A stretch of 64,000 bases of DNA from an uncultured Candidatus Saccharibacteria bacterium (GCA_964637185.1 CAZWVB010000002.1:1375-65374), one strand, 5' to 3'. Positions 37,842-48,266 are shown, counted from the stretch's first letter. Notes: generated by a model not told the origin, from the letters alone. A program made the numbers and translations.

Positions 37842-38693
37842 CTAATCTTCTACAACTCTACCTTTTGGATAGCTACCCAGCACAATTAGCTCATCTGCCA
37901 TATCATATACTTCTCCCAGTAACTGGTAGATGCCGGGCTGATCTATCCCGGCCTCAAAATCTATGTAGAAATAGTAATGCCATATTCTGCCGATATGAGG
38001 ACGTGACTCAAGTTTGCTTAGATTGATATTGCGTTTTGCAAATACACCCAGCAGATTATACAGCGCTCCAGGTTTGTCCTTGAGTGTTAGTACGATGCTA
38101 GTTTTATTGGCACCATCGACAGGTTTATTCGACTTATTTAGTACTATAAATCTAGTGTAGTTTTGATTGTTAGCCTCGATATGATCAGCCAGCACTGACA
38201 TGCCATGCAGATGAGCCGCTGCCTCGGAGCCTATCGCTGCCTGCGACTTGTCTCCAGCTTGAGATACAAACTCAACACTTTCGGCAGTATCATTGCGCTC
38301 AAACAACTCAGCTTGGGGTAGTTTCTCATGTAGATAGCTCTGTGCCTCAGATAGCGCTACAGGGTGCGAATAGACTCTATTAATATCTTTGAGATTCACA
38401 CCTTCAAATCCGATCAGTTTCAGCTCAATTTGCATGTACAGCTCAGCCACGATATTCAATTTACTTTTGCGCAACAGATCATATACTTCTGTAATACTAC
38501 CTGCCAATGAGTTTTCGATTGCTACGATTGCATAATCAGCTTTGTTGGTGGATAGCGCATCAAAAGTCTCTGGAAACCATTCACATGGCACCAAACCAAT
38601 GTCTTTTCCAAATATAGTATGCGTCGCTAGAGCATGGTAAGACCCTTCTTGGCCTTGTATAGCGACTCGTTTTGGTACTGCCATGACTGGCAA
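37842..38693 (-). CDS. pheA: Prephenate dehydratase (PDT catalytic domain + ACT regulatory domain)
   Basis: 283 aa. VAIQGQEGSYHALA at the N-terminus, and a C-terminal ACT domain with LESRPHIGRIWHYYFYIDFE (the ESRP motif). Confidence 0.85.
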   Translation of the reverse strand: MPVMAVPKRVAIQGQEGSYHALATHTIFGKDIGLVPCEWFPETFDALSTNKADYAIVAIENSLAGSITEVYDLLRKSKLNIVAELYMQIELKLIGFEGVNLKDINRVYSHPVALSEAQSYLHEKLPQAELFERNDTAESVEFVSQAGDKSQAAIGSEAAAHLHGMSVLADHIEANNQNYTRFIVLNKSNKPVDGANKTSIVLTLKDKPGALYNLLGVFAKRNINLSKLESRPHIGRIWHYYFYIDFEAGIDQPGIYQLLGEVYDMADELIVLGSYPKGRVVED

Positions 38694-38718
38694 TTATAGC
38701 GCAAATATATCTGTTGGG

Positions 38719-39048
38719 CTAGAGATCTTTAATAGCGCGTCGCAAGGCCTGGATCAGAGCAACCACTAGCAATACAAAAAACGCCACAAACAGTGCATAC
38801 TGTAGATATATCATCAACAACAGCAGCAAGCCATCTGGCGAGGTTTCACCAGGAAAGAATATCCAATATACAACTGTTTTAATAAGTTGGCTTAATAGCA
38901 AGACAGAAAATGCCATCAGAACATAGTGTATGGGCTTAAATCGCCCCGTAGCAGCAACTGATTCAGTAATTTTCTGGTAACACACTGGCTGGGGCATGTT
39001 TTTCACTGCCAACTTTTTTGGGGTTTTTACATTCCTAGTTGATTTCAT
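38719..39048 (-). CDS. Small membrane protein with two TM helices, unknown function.
   Basis: 109 aa. Basic N-terminus, then LMAFSVLLLSQLIKTVVYWIFF and LLLLMIYLQYALFVAFFVLLVVALI. Confidence 0.4.
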   Translation of the reverse strand: MKSTRNVKTPKKLAVKNMPQPVCYQKITESVAATGRFKPIHYVLMAFSVLLLSQLIKTVVYWIFFPGETSPDGLLLLLMIYLQYALFVAFFVLLVVALIQALRRAIKDL

Positions 39049-39172
39049 GTCGATATATTATCATATATACATAGTTTTGTCAATACTGTAAATATGTTGT
39101 TCAAGTAGAATATTTTTATACTTATGCTTATATAAAGGCTCTATGGAGGATAGATTTACTTTGCAATTATAA

Positions 39173-39643
39173 TCACCATATTGCCCATCGCACTTGAGTA
39201 CGCTTCCTGAGCTGTGGAGCCATGCCATGCTTTTCTAGTATGCTAGGCCAATATTGCTTGAGCCATTTACGTTGTTTGTGGTACAGATCTTCAAGACCAC
39301 GTTCAGCAAACTCAGCTCTTATCACGCCACCGCTGTGAGGATGTTTGTATTTTTGGCCATGAGGAGAGTTGAAACCATGAGCATAGTGAGATAGCTCATG
39401 AAATATTGTTGCTTCTACTACAAACTCAGGTACTTCTAGGTCTTGGTAAATTGGGTTGATGGTAATTATGCTTGATACGTTATCCTTGGGATCAATTTTG
39501 ATAGACCCAAGTCGCCACTTGGCTCGTCTACCGTAGCAGATCTTGACGTCATTCTTTTGCTCGATTTCCGGAAAATACTTATACCAGATATTGGCCAAGC
39601 AGTTTTCGAGCCACTCATCATCTCGATAAGATTTAACTACCAC
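39173..39643 (-). CDS. SprT-like / DUF45-type zinc metallopeptidase family protein
   Basis: 156 aa, with an HExxH motif in FHELSHYAHGFNSPHG. Size is typical of SprT/YgjP-like proteins. It overlaps the helicase gene by 7 nt. Confidence 0.5.
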   Translation of the reverse strand: MVVKSYRDDEWLENCLANIWYKYFPEIEQKNDVKICYGRRAKWRLGSIKIDPKDNVSSIITINPIYQDLEVPEFVVEATIFHELSHYAHGFNSPHGQKYKHPHSGGVIRAEFAERGLEDLYHKQRKWLKQYWPSILEKHGMAPQLRKRTQVRWAIW

Positions 39644-42489
39644 TTTATCCCCTTCATAGTAAGATTATTGCGAAAATCACCTGAGCGGATTTGATCTATC
39701 ATCTTGGTAATTTTGGCAGTGGTTTTATGTGCGTCAGGTGGAGCTATTGAAGCCACTATCTGGTTTTCTACAAATGATAGGCTAAGACTCTCTATTGGTT
39801 TGGTATTAAGTTGCTGCCAAGCAAGTGAATATAGGTACAACTGCAAACTATTTCTTACCTTTTGATCGGCGCTTTTTTGGTTACTAACTGTGCCTGTCTT
39901 AAAGTCACGAATCTCTATGCCTTCACCATTCTCTAGTATCAAATCATATCTACCTGATATGATTACCTTCTGTTGTTCTAGCTTAAGAGCAAACGGTTTT
40001 TCAACATATAGAGGCGTCTCAGGGATGTTTTTGTGATCATGATAGTATTGCGCTATCACTTTGTGACCTTGTTTGAAACGATCTTTCTCGTGTTGCAAGG
40101 ACACGAAACCCTCGCTCCGCCAAGCGGCGTCAAATGCGGCGTACATAGGTTTGAGAAGTGGTTTTTTGCCATTTAAGAGTCCTTGGTAGTAAACTTCAAG
40201 CGCGGCATGAACTGCCGAACCATAAACCAGACTGTGAAAAGGCCCTTTGGGCATAGAAAGTACCTCAAAATACCAAAAATCAGCTGGTGAACGTTCAAAA
40301 CTAACCAATTGATTGACGGTTAGACGCAAATAGCCATCGCCATCTATCATGTTGCGAAGTGGGTCGTACTCGGTTCTTTCAACCGTATGAAAACTACTGA
40401 GTATTTCACTCGGCTGCTGATCAGTGCTGGATTTCAAGGCTGGCTCCTCGCCAAGAGCCTCGGCTATAAACCGAGATGGCTTTCGCAGCATTTTGCCACC
40501 ATGGTTTTGTGCCCAACTCAGGTACAAACCACTCTTCGCACGCGTCATAGCGACGTACATAAGACGTCTTTCCTCATGGATATGCCAATCGATCGAAGGC
40601 TCATCACTGGACTCGAATAATCCATCTGGCATACGTATCATATCAGATCGTCTTTGTGCTGGAAAAACTCTAGAGATCAGGTTTGGGATAAACACATGAT
40701 CAAATTCTAGGCCCTTGGCACGATGTACAGTCAATATATTGACGGCATCGATGTCCAGTGGTGATTGCTCAACCTCAATTGAACCCTCAGAATAAACAAT
40801 TTGTTGTAGATAAGTCCACAAACTATACATATTATGGTCCAAAGTAACGTTTTCATAGTCTCTAATAAAGCCAAAAAACGCTGCAATATTCTGCAGCTTG
40901 TTGGCCGCAAGATTGTCACTGGCCGATTGGCTATAAAGCTTTTTTAGATAGCCGCTACGTTCAAAGTAACGATAAAGTAGCTCGCCTGCACGCAGTTCTT
41001 TGGCCTCTGATAGATACTCCAATAGTTGCCCCACCACGACATACAATGCCAAATCAGGATTATTAGAAATGTAGCCCGCAAGGCTTAGGTGTGATCTTGC
41101 AGCACCGGCGGCAGCAGCTGAGATCTCAATTTGGCTCAGATCATACATTTCTGAGCTCAATAGCCCAAATAAGGCCTGCGAGTCCCCTTGATCTGCTATC
41201 CAACGCACGAAATACAGCAGATTTTGCACCTCCTCGAGCTCAAACAGCTTTTTGCTCTCGGCCAGTTGGTAAGGTATAGCCCATCTAGACAGGGTATGAG
41301 CAATGTCACTGGCCTGATTGTTCTTTCGTAGTAAAATCGCCATATCCTGATAATCAACACCCTGGTCGTGCAGTTGTTTTATCTTTTGCGCCAGCCAATC
41401 GAGTTCGGCCTGATAAGTCCCAAATGACAAGCCAATTGGTTTTTTGCCCACCTTGGTAGCCACGAGATGCTTATTGATCTTTTCCGTCATCTCGAGACGA
41501 TACGGATTGTTGTGACCAATGAGCTGATAACTAGCATCCAGTATTCTTTGACCTGTGCGGTAATTCTTAACCAGTGCTACTACCTTAGCGTCAGCAAAAA
41601 CATCAGTAAATCGAAGAATATTGCTGATATTGGCTCCACGAAATTGGTAGATTGATTGATCATCATCACCTACTACCATCAGATTATGATGTTTTCTACA
41701 CAATAGCTCCAATATCTGAGCCTGCACGAAGTTGGTATCCTGATATTCATCGACCATCACATAACGGTATTGTTGTTGGACGTGTTCGAGCACGGAAGGT
41801 CTTGCCTCAAGCAACAGTAGCGTCTTACATAACAAGTCACCATAATCCATCAAACCATTTTGGCTACAGTAGTCTTGATATGCAGTGTAAATCTTTACCA
41901 ACTCCTCCAAACGTAATTTTTCCTGGAGATCATCGATTTTTTTGGCCTGGATGAAGCTTTTGAATTGCTGGGGCAAAATATTCTCATCTTTCAGACGAGA
42001 CATGAACTGCACAATACCACGCAAGAAGCCAGTAGGATTGCCTAACGGTCGATAATACTCCAAGCCAAGACCATCAATTACGTTGTTGAGTACCACCTGT
42101 TGCTGCGCGCTTGATAATACCTGATATTCCGGATCCAAACCAATCTCAACACCATATTGGCGCAACAAATGCTCGCCAAAACTGTGAAAAGTAGATATCT
42201 CAGTCTCAAGCTCTGTCAATCTCAGCAAGGACTCGACCCTAGAAGACATCTCGCGCGCTGCCTTATCTGTAAAAGTCATGGCCAGTATCTCACTTGGCTT
42301 GGCAGCGGCTGAGCGAATTAAATTAGCTATCCTAGCCGCTATTACGCTTGTCTTACCTGTGCCTGCACCTGCCACTACCAACATAGGTCCATCAACGTGT
42401 TGAACCACCTGCTGCTGCTCAGAATTTAGTCTTATGCCGCGCTCTCCCATAGCTACTTCAAGTATAGCTAGGTTTGGCAATATTACCAA
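39637..42489 (-). CDS. UvrD/PcrA/AddA-family ATP-dependent DNA helicase with a C-terminal RecB-like PD-(D/E)xK nuclease domain.
   Basis: 950 aa. Walker A VVAGAGTGKTSV. Helicase motif VMVDEYQDTN … GDDDQSIYQFRGA. C-terminal nuclease-like segment …RYDLILENGEGIEIRDFKTG…QLYLYSLAW. Confidence 0.8.
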   Translation of the reverse strand: MVILPNLAILEVAMGERGIRLNSEQQQVVQHVDGPMLVVAGAGTGKTSVIAARIANLIRSAAAKPSEILAMTFTDKAAREMSSRVESLLRLTELETEISTFHSFGEHLLRQYGVEIGLDPEYQVLSSAQQQVVLNNVIDGLGLEYYRPLGNPTGFLRGIVQFMSRLKDENILPQQFKSFIQAKKIDDLQEKLRLEELVKIYTAYQDYCSQNGLMDYGDLLCKTLLLLEARPSVLEHVQQQYRYVMVDEYQDTNFVQAQILELLCRKHHNLMVVGDDDQSIYQFRGANISNILRFTDVFADAKVVALVKNYRTGQRILDASYQLIGHNNPYRLEMTEKINKHLVATKVGKKPIGLSFGTYQAELDWLAQKIKQLHDQGVDYQDMAILLRKNNQASDIAHTLSRWAIPYQLAESKKLFELEEVQNLLYFVRWIADQGDSQALFGLLSSEMYDLSQIEISAAAAGAARSHLSLAGYISNNPDLALYVVVGQLLEYLSEAKELRAGELLYRYFERSGYLKKLYSQSASDNLAANKLQNIAAFFGFIRDYENVTLDHNMYSLWTYLQQIVYSEGSIEVEQSPLDIDAVNILTVHRAKGLEFDHVFIPNLISRVFPAQRRSDMIRMPDGLFESSDEPSIDWHIHEERRLMYVAMTRAKSGLYLSWAQNHGGKMLRKPSRFIAEALGEEPALKSSTDQQPSEILSSFHTVERTEYDPLRNMIDGDGYLRLTVNQLVSFERSPADFWYFEVLSMPKGPFHSLVYGSAVHAALEVYYQGLLNGKKPLLKPMYAAFDAAWRSEGFVSLQHEKDRFKQGHKVIAQYYHDHKNIPETPLYVEKPFALKLEQQKVIISGRYDLILENGEGIEIRDFKTGTVSNQKSADQKVRNSLQLYLYSLAWQQLNTKPIESLSLSFVENQIVASIAPPDAHKTTAKITKMIDQIRSGDFRNNLTMKGIKW

Positions 42490-42493
42490 TCAA

Positions 42494-44197
42494 CTACATA
42501 TGTTCGGGCATTTCAATACCTAGCAGCCGCATGTTGTGTTGTAATAACAACCCTACTGTCTTGTTGATATTCGATCTGTAGTTAAGACTGTCATCGCCAC
42601 TAATTATTTTGTTAGTGTTGTAGAATTTATTATATAGTTGAGATATCTGGTGGCATGCCTCGCAGACCATGTGTGGGTCAAAATCATCAAGCGCCGACTG
42701 AAGACTGAGCGGTGTTGCCAAACAAGCAAGCACCAACGCACGCTCCTGCACAGTAAGGCTATCTGGCGGCTTGCCAGACTCTGTCTGTTTGGCCGTCTGT
42801 TTCTCTTGTACTGATCTGGTGCGAGCATAGCCATACATGATGTAAGGTGCTGAGTTTCCTTCGAGCGAGAGCAGACTATCCCAGTCAAAAACCATATCGC
42901 TTTGACGGTTTTGTTGTAGGATTCCGTACTTGATGGCACCAATTGCTATCTGGTCGACTTTGGTAGACTCTATTGGGTTGTTCTTTTCTTTTTCTAGCTT
43001 AGCTACGCGCTTCTTGGCTTCGCTCAACAGATCACTTAGCAACAAAATGTTGCCTTTTCTAGTGCTCATAGATGCATCTCGAAAGCGCATTCTACCGAAC
43101 GCGACATGGAGATTCTGGGCTTTGGTGAGTTGTAGCCTATCTGCCACCTCAAAAACCTGTTGAAAATGTAGCCGCTGTGCACTATCCACCACTACTAGCA
43201 TGGTGTCAGGCTTCCACTCTTGGTCCCAGAAGGCTATCCTGGCTAGATCTCTCGTCAGGTACAATGTGGTACCATCTTGCTTACGCACAATAGCTGGAGG
43301 CATATTTGGATCCTTCATGGGTGCCACTAGTGCCCCATCACTTTCTACAAAATAACCGCTATCTATACCCTGATCTATGATGGGCTGCATTTTGTCTTCG
43401 TAAAAGCTTTCGCCATGAATATAATCAAACTCTACCCCAAGCTCGCGATAGATAGTGTCCACATCCGTCATACTCCAGTTGCAAATCTTCTGCCACAAAG
43501 CACGATTCTCCGGGTCGCCAGCCTCAAGCTTCTGATATTCGGCCCTGCCGGCATCATCTAGCTCCACATCAGCATCAGCCTCAATATGAAAACGCACATA
43601 TAGTTTGAGTAGCTCAGCGACAGGATTGGCTTCGATTGATTCAAGATCACCCCATTGTTTGACCGCCCAGATCAGCTTGCCAAACTGGGTACCTAGATCG
43701 CCAATAAAATTGTCAGCTATGACCTCTACTCCCAGACCACGGTACAGCCGCTTGATAGCGTCGCCGATTACTGTGCTCAGCAGATGATGCACCCCCATCG
43801 GTTTGCCCATGTTGGGATGAGAATAGTCCATCACTATCTTCTTTGGTTTGAGCTCAACATTTGCGGCCAGCCACTTCTCAACTCCAAGCTCTTCAATCGT
43901 GCTTAGTTGATTTATTAGATAGCTGGGCTGCAAACGAATATTTACAAACCCAGGTGCCACCGCCTCGGCACTAGCCACAATATCGGTCGAGCTTAGCTTA
44001 CTAGCGATGTTCTGAGCCAAATCCATAGGGTTGGCACCTACTTTTTTGGCGTTTTGGAGTGCCACATTGCTACTGACATCACCAAAGTTTATGTCGCAAA
44101 ACGACAAAGTCTTTGCCAAACCATCGGTTGTGATGCCACTGGCCTTAGCTGCAGGGCCCAACTCGGCTGCTATGTCTTCAAAAATCTGATAAGCCAT
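42494..44197 (-). CDS. argS: Arginine--tRNA ligase
   Basis: Class I motifs: HPNMGKPMGVHHLLSTVIGD (HIGH region), MSTRKGNIL (KMSKS-like), and a C-terminal DALK-type anticodon-binding domain (YGYARTRSV). The ORF extends to 44281, but that would overlap smpB on the opposite strand by 36 nt. The in-frame ATG at 44197 (MAYQIFEDIAAELG) removes the overlap. Confidence 0.8.
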   Translation of the reverse strand: MAYQIFEDIAAELGPAAKASGITTDGLAKTLSFCDINFGDVSSNVALQNAKKVGANPMDLAQNIASKLSSTDIVASAEAVAPGFVNIRLQPSYLINQLSTIEELGVEKWLAANVELKPKKIVMDYSHPNMGKPMGVHHLLSTVIGDAIKRLYRGLGVEVIADNFIGDLGTQFGKLIWAVKQWGDLESIEANPVAELLKLYVRFHIEADADVELDDAGRAEYQKLEAGDPENRALWQKICNWSMTDVDTIYRELGVEFDYIHGESFYEDKMQPIIDQGIDSGYFVESDGALVAPMKDPNMPPAIVRKQDGTTLYLTRDLARIAFWDQEWKPDTMLVVVDSAQRLHFQQVFEVADRLQLTKAQNLHVAFGRMRFRDASMSTRKGNILLLSDLLSEAKKRVAKLEKEKNNPIESTKVDQIAIGAIKYGILQQNRQSDMVFDWDSLLSLEGNSAPYIMYGYARTRSVQEKQTAKQTESGKPPDSLTVQERALVLACLATPLSLQSALDDFDPHMVCEACHQISQLYNKFYNTNKIISGDDSLNYRSNINKTVGLLLQHNMRLLGIEMPEHM

Positions 44198-44245
44198 AAT
44201 ACATGCATTATATCCGAATAGATCCCTATCAGCTATAATACAAGC

Positions 44246-44695
44246 ATGAAAATTGTCGCTACCAATCGCCGCGCCAGGCATGACTACCAGATAACATCTA
44301 CTATGGTAGTAGGTATTGTTTTGTCCGGAGCTGAAGTCAAGAGCGCCAAAGCTGGCAACCTAAGTCTCAAAGGTAGCTTCGTGCGCCAAAAAGACGACGA
44401 GCTATACCTAGTGAATGCTCATATTTCACCTTATAAGTTTGCGGCACAAGCTGACTACGACCCCACACGGGAGCGTAAACTCTTGGCGCATCGCCGCGAG
44501 ATTGAGCAAATCGGTGCCCAAGCACATGGTGCCAGTCTATCTGTTGTGCCTCTGGCAGCCGGCATCGAGCATGGGCTGGTAAAGTTGGAAATAGGCATTG
44601 GCCGCGGTAAGAAGATCTATGACAAACGCAGCAGCCTGCGCCAAAAAGCCGCCGAGCGAGATATCGAGCGTGATATCAAAGCGAAATCAAAATAA
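44246..44695 (+). CDS. smpB: SsrA-binding protein
   Basis: 149 aa. The conserved SmpB core (…IVATNRRARHDYQI…GIVLSGAEVKS…LVNAHISPY…RKLLAHRREI…) and a C-terminal basic tail. Confidence 0.9.
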   Translation: MKIVATNRRARHDYQITSTMVVGIVLSGAEVKSAKAGNLSLKGSFVRQKDDELYLVNAHISPYKFAAQADYDPTRERKLLAHRREIEQIGAQAHGASLSVVPLAAGIEHGLVKLEIGIGRGKKIYDKRSSLRQKAAERDIERDIKAKSK

Positions 44696-44810
44696 TCGTT
44701 CTAAACCTGTTGATGGCATCAAATTGTACAATTTATTTGTGCTATAGCACCGAGCTAACGTAAAAATCCCCCACTACAAATTAGGTGGCTTCTATGCTAA
44801 CATAAGCATT

Positions 44811-45809
44811 ATGAATATGCACGACACGATTGCACGGCTTTTTGTCGAGCCCAAAGGCATATTGGCAGCCGATGAGAGCAGCAAGACCGCGACCAAACGA
44901 TTTGAAGCTGTCGGGATTGACTCCACGACAGAAAATCGCCGCCTATACCGCCAAATGCTTTTTGAAACACCGGAGTTCGCACAATATATTAGTGGGGTCA
45001 TACTATATGATGAGACGTTTTGGCAATCCAACGATTCTGGCGTGAGCTTTGTTGACTACCTATCCAAGCTCGGTATCATACCTGGAATAAAGGTGGATTG
45101 TGGCCTAGTACCTCTCACCAACTTCGAGCCTGAGACAATTACCGAAGGCTTAGATGGTCTCGACGCACGGCTACACAAGTACGCCCAAGCTGGAGCCAGA
45201 TTTACCAAATGGCGAGCAGCATTCCAAATCGATCAAGACAAATCCTTACCGACTATGGCGGCAATTCATGCCAACCTCAATCTCATGGCACGCTATGCTG
45301 CTTTGGTGCAGAGCCATCAGATGGTCCCGATTGTCGAACCAGAAGTACTATATGATGGCGAGCACACGATTGAGCTGTCTGCTGAGGTTACCAGCAATGT
45401 ACTGCGCGTGCTATATGACTTACTTACTGCTTACCGAGTTGATCTCTCCTGTACGATCCTAAAGACCAGCATGGTGTTGGCTGGCAACAAATCAGCTAAA
45501 CCGTCTAGCCCGGATCAGGTGGCTAACCATACACTGGAAGTATTACGGGAGCGTGTGCCATCTGAAGTTGGCGGAATCGTCTTTCTCAGCGGGGGCCAAA
45601 CTCCTGAGCAAGCCAGCGCCAATCTCAACGCCATCGATAGTCAAGGCACGCAGCCATGGCCAATCACGTTTTCGTTTTCACGTGCCGTACAAGACCCAGC
45701 CATCAAAGTCTGGGCCGGCCAGTCCGCCAATGTTGCGGCCGCCCAAAAAGAGTTTGCTGTGTGGCTCGCCAAAAATGCTTTGGCGCGACGTGGCAAATTG
45801 AGCGAATAA
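44811..45809 (+). CDS. fba: Fructose-bisphosphate aldolase, class I
   Basis: 332 aa. N-terminal GILAADESSKTATKRF (the class I FBA signature I.AADES.GT..KR) and a Schiff-base lysine region. Confidence 0.85.
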   Translation: MNMHDTIARLFVEPKGILAADESSKTATKRFEAVGIDSTTENRRLYRQMLFETPEFAQYISGVILYDETFWQSNDSGVSFVDYLSKLGIIPGIKVDCGLVPLTNFEPETITEGLDGLDARLHKYAQAGARFTKWRAAFQIDQDKSLPTMAAIHANLNLMARYAALVQSHQMVPIVEPEVLYDGEHTIELSAEVTSNVLRVLYDLLTAYRVDLSCTILKTSMVLAGNKSAKPSSPDQVANHTLEVLRERVPSEVGGIVFLSGGQTPEQASANLNAIDSQGTQPWPITFSFSRAVQDPAIKVWAGQSANVAAAQKEFAVWLAKNALARRGKLSE

Positions 45810-45848
45810 AATTTTGACAAAAAAGTTCAAAAATATAGCAAAAAGTTG

Positions 45849-45878
45849 TTGACACACCTGCAGCTTAAGCGGTATTAT
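45849..45878 (+). promoter_or_regulatory. Sigma70-like promoter: TTGACA-18-TATTAT, with an extended TGTTGACA.
   Basis: Near-consensus hexamers seen directly in the sequence, 40 nt after the fba stop. A hairpin terminator lies about 60 nt downstream. Confidence 0.45.
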
Positions 45879-45936
45879 TACTTTAGTGCTGCTGCACACA
45901 TAAATTACTCAAAAACAAAAACAAAGCTCTTCCAAC

Positions 45937-45976
45937 AGATCAGCCAAGGCCACAAGCCGAGGCTGATCTTCTTTTT
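45937..45976 (+). terminator. Rho-independent terminator: 9-bp stem AGATCAGCC/GGCTGATCT followed by a T-tract.
   Basis: Inverted repeat AGATCAGCC…GGCTGATCT followed by TCTTTTT on the plus strand, downstream of fba. Confidence 0.55.
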
Positions 45977-46003
45977 AGCATTACGATTTCTGCCATAATT
46001 TTT

Positions 46004-46747
46004 GTGTGCGCCAATGCTCGTTTGTATTTCAAACTTTTTTTAAGCAAAATAATATTCATGCAAATTTCACTCGTCATCCCCGCCCACAACGAAGCCGAAT
46101 ATATAGGCCGATGTTTGGCCGCGGCGTCAGCCCAATCGCAGCCGTTTGCCGAAATAATTTTGGTCGACAACAATTGCGCTGACAAGACTATTGAAATCGC
46201 CCGCCACATGCAACTCAAAAATTTGCACGTAGTTCGTGAAAACAAACAAGGCATCGGCCATGCCCGCAGCGCAGGATTTGACGCGGCTCGTAGCGACATT
46301 ATTGCCCGCATAGATGCCGATACTATCCTACCAACAGATTGGAATAAGCAAATATTAGCTGATTTTGACCAAGAAAAGCCCGATGCTATCACCGGCCCAG
46401 CCTACTTTTATGATTTCCCGCGTATTGTGCGACCTGCTATCACCTGGTTGCACATACGTCTCTACTTCCACCGCACCGCCCAAATGATGGGCAGCCCGAC
46501 CCTGTGGGGCTCAAACATGGCAATTACCAAGGCTATGTGGCAGCGAGTTAAGCCCAAAATTACTGATGACGACTCGCTGGTGCACGAGGATGTCGATCTT
46601 GCTCTCCAAATTCACCGTGCTGGCGGCAACATATACTTCGACCCGAAGCTCCTAGTGGGTGTCAAAATGCGTCAGCTCTACAGATCACCACGCAATACTA
46701 TCGCTTACTTCCGCCGGCGCCGCACTACCATTGAGCGCAGCAAGTAA
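46004..46747 (+). CDS. Glycosyltransferase family 2
   Basis: 247 aa. ISLVIPAHNEAEYIGRCL, VDNNCADKT, ARIDADTIL (the DxD-type region). GC is elevated relative to the upstream housekeeping genes. Confidence 0.7.
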   Translation: MCANARLYFKLFLSKIIFMQISLVIPAHNEAEYIGRCLAAASAQSQPFAEIILVDNNCADKTIEIARHMQLKNLHVVRENKQGIGHARSAGFDAARSDIIARIDADTILPTDWNKQILADFDQEKPDAITGPAYFYDFPRIVRPAITWLHIRLYFHRTAQMMGSPTLWGSNMAITKAMWQRVKPKITDDDSLVHEDVDLALQIHRAGGNIYFDPKLLVGVKMRQLYRSPRNTIAYFRRRRTTIERSK

Positions 46748-46843
46748 CTGCTTACGCTGTACCAGCCCTGGCTTATCTGTTAGACTAGCGCAAGCGAAAT
46801 CGTTCGCCAAACCCGCAAGTTCACAACCGAAAGAGAGATCATC

Positions 46844-47341
46844 ATGATCCATGTGTTTTTGGGAAGCAAGAGCGATCTGGAGCTGGTCAAGGCCAGCGTC
46901 CGCCCGATCTTCAACCAGCTGTGCCAGGACCTGGACATCGGCCCTGGCTACATCCGATACCACATCTGTTCGGCTCACCGCAATTCAGATGAGCTGGCAG
47001 CCTTCGTGAAGAGGATCGTCGACGAAGTCGATCCCCAGATCGCCATCGGTGTGGCCGGCATGGCAGCTGCTCTGCCCGGTGCGCTGGCCGGTGCCAGCAA
47101 GATGCAAATCCCGGTGATCGGTGTGCCGCTCGACGAGGACGGCATCGACAGCTGCGCCTACATGCCACCCGGGGTACCGGTGATGTTGGCAGGAGTCGGC
47201 AAGCCGGGTCTCAAGAACGCCACGCTCGCCGCCATCCAGATCGAAGCGATGCGCAGCGCGCCAATTGCCGCATGGCTTCGTGACTACATGAGCGCCAACA
47301 CCCCGTCAGCCAAGTTCGACATCGACATCAACGCCGACTGA
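46844..47341 (+). CDS. purE: N5-carboxyaminoimidazole ribonucleotide mutase (PurE)
   Basis: 165 aa. GSKSDLELV, SAHRNSDELAAFVK, IAIGVAGMAAALPGALAG, PVIGVPL are PurE signatures. About 65% GC, far above the window background. Confidence 0.85.
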   Translation: MIHVFLGSKSDLELVKASVRPIFNQLCQDLDIGPGYIRYHICSAHRNSDELAAFVKRIVDEVDPQIAIGVAGMAAALPGALAGASKMQIPVIGVPLDEDGIDSCAYMPPGVPVMLAGVGKPGLKNATLAAIQIEAMRSAPIAAWLRDYMSANTPSAKFDIDINAD

Positions 47342-47366
47342 GTCGGCTCACAACAGGAGAAACACC

Positions 47367-48266
47367 GTGACACTCACACCCATCTACACCGGTAAGGTCT
47401 GCGACATCTACGACGCAGGCGGCGGACGTCAACTGCACGTCCGCACCGACCGCACCAGCGTGTTCGACGTGGTGCTACCCCAACAGGTGCAGGACCGTGG
47501 CAAGGTGCTCACCGAGATCAGCAACTTCTGGCTCGATCTGTACCCGGACGTGCCTCGGGCACACTTGCCCTACGGTCGGCCGGAGAAGTTCAGTTCGATC
47601 CCCGACCTGGCCTACCGCTCCACCTTGATGCGCGTGGCGGAGATGCTCAAGATCGAGTGCATCGTACGTGGCTACCTGACCGGCTCCGGTCTCAAGGAGT
47701 ACAAGCGCGATGGCGGTCAGCTGTGCGGCATCCAGTTGCCAGATGGGCTGGTCGAGGCCAGCCAGCTGCCCGAGCCAATCTTCACCCCCAGCACCAAGGC
47801 TGAGAGCGGCCACGATGAGAACATCAGCTTCAAGGCCGCCGTGGACATCATCGAGGCGCAGTTCCCTGGCCGCGGCATGGAGCTGGTCACGCGCGCCAAG
47901 CTGATCTCGCTCGATCTGTACCGCCGGGCCGCGGCCCATGCCCGAGAGCGCGGCATCATCATCGCCGACACCAAGTTCGAGTTCGGGCTGATCGATGGCG
48001 AGCTGGTGCTGTGTGACGAGGTGCTCACACCTGACAGCAGCCGGTTCTGGCCGGCGGAGCTGTGGGTACCCGGCCAGAGCACGCCCAGCTTCGACAAGCA
48101 GATCCTGCGCGATGTCTACCAGGCTCTCTACGACGAGGGCAAGTGGGATAAGAAGTACCCGGCGCCCGAGGTCGATCAGAAGCACTTCGAGCTCACCCGT
48201 GAGCGCTACATCGAGGGCTTCGTGAGGCTGACCGGCTCCAAGCCGGAGTTCCTCAAGGCAGCCTGA
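47367..48266 (+). CDS. purC: Phosphoribosylaminoimidazole-succinocarboxamide synthase (SAICAR synthetase, PurC)
   Basis: 299 aa. GKVCDIYDAGG…LHVRTDRTSVFDVVLP matches the PurC signature (GKVRDIY…TDRISAFD). Same high GC as purE. Confidence 0.85.
   Translation: MTLTPIYTGKVCDIYDAGGGRQLHVRTDRTSVFDVVLPQQVQDRGKVLTEISNFWLDLYPDVPRAHLPYGRPEKFSSIPDLAYRSTLMRVAEMLKIECIVRGYLTGSGLKEYKRDGGQLCGIQLPDGLVEASQLPEPIFTPSTKAESGHDENISFKAAVDIIEAQFPGRGMELVTRAKLISLDLYRRAAAHARERGIIIADTKFEFGLIDGELVLCDEVLTPDSSRFWPAELWVPGQSTPSFDKQILRDVYQALYDEGKWDKKYPAPEVDQKHFELTRERYIEGFVRLTGSKPEFLKAA

Noticed and set aside
44246-44281. 36-nt antisense overlap between argS and smpB
   Set aside because: Probably an artefact of taking the longest ORF. 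argS has an in-frame ATG at 44197 (MAYQIFEDIAAELG) that matches the usual ArgRS N-terminus and removes the overlap.
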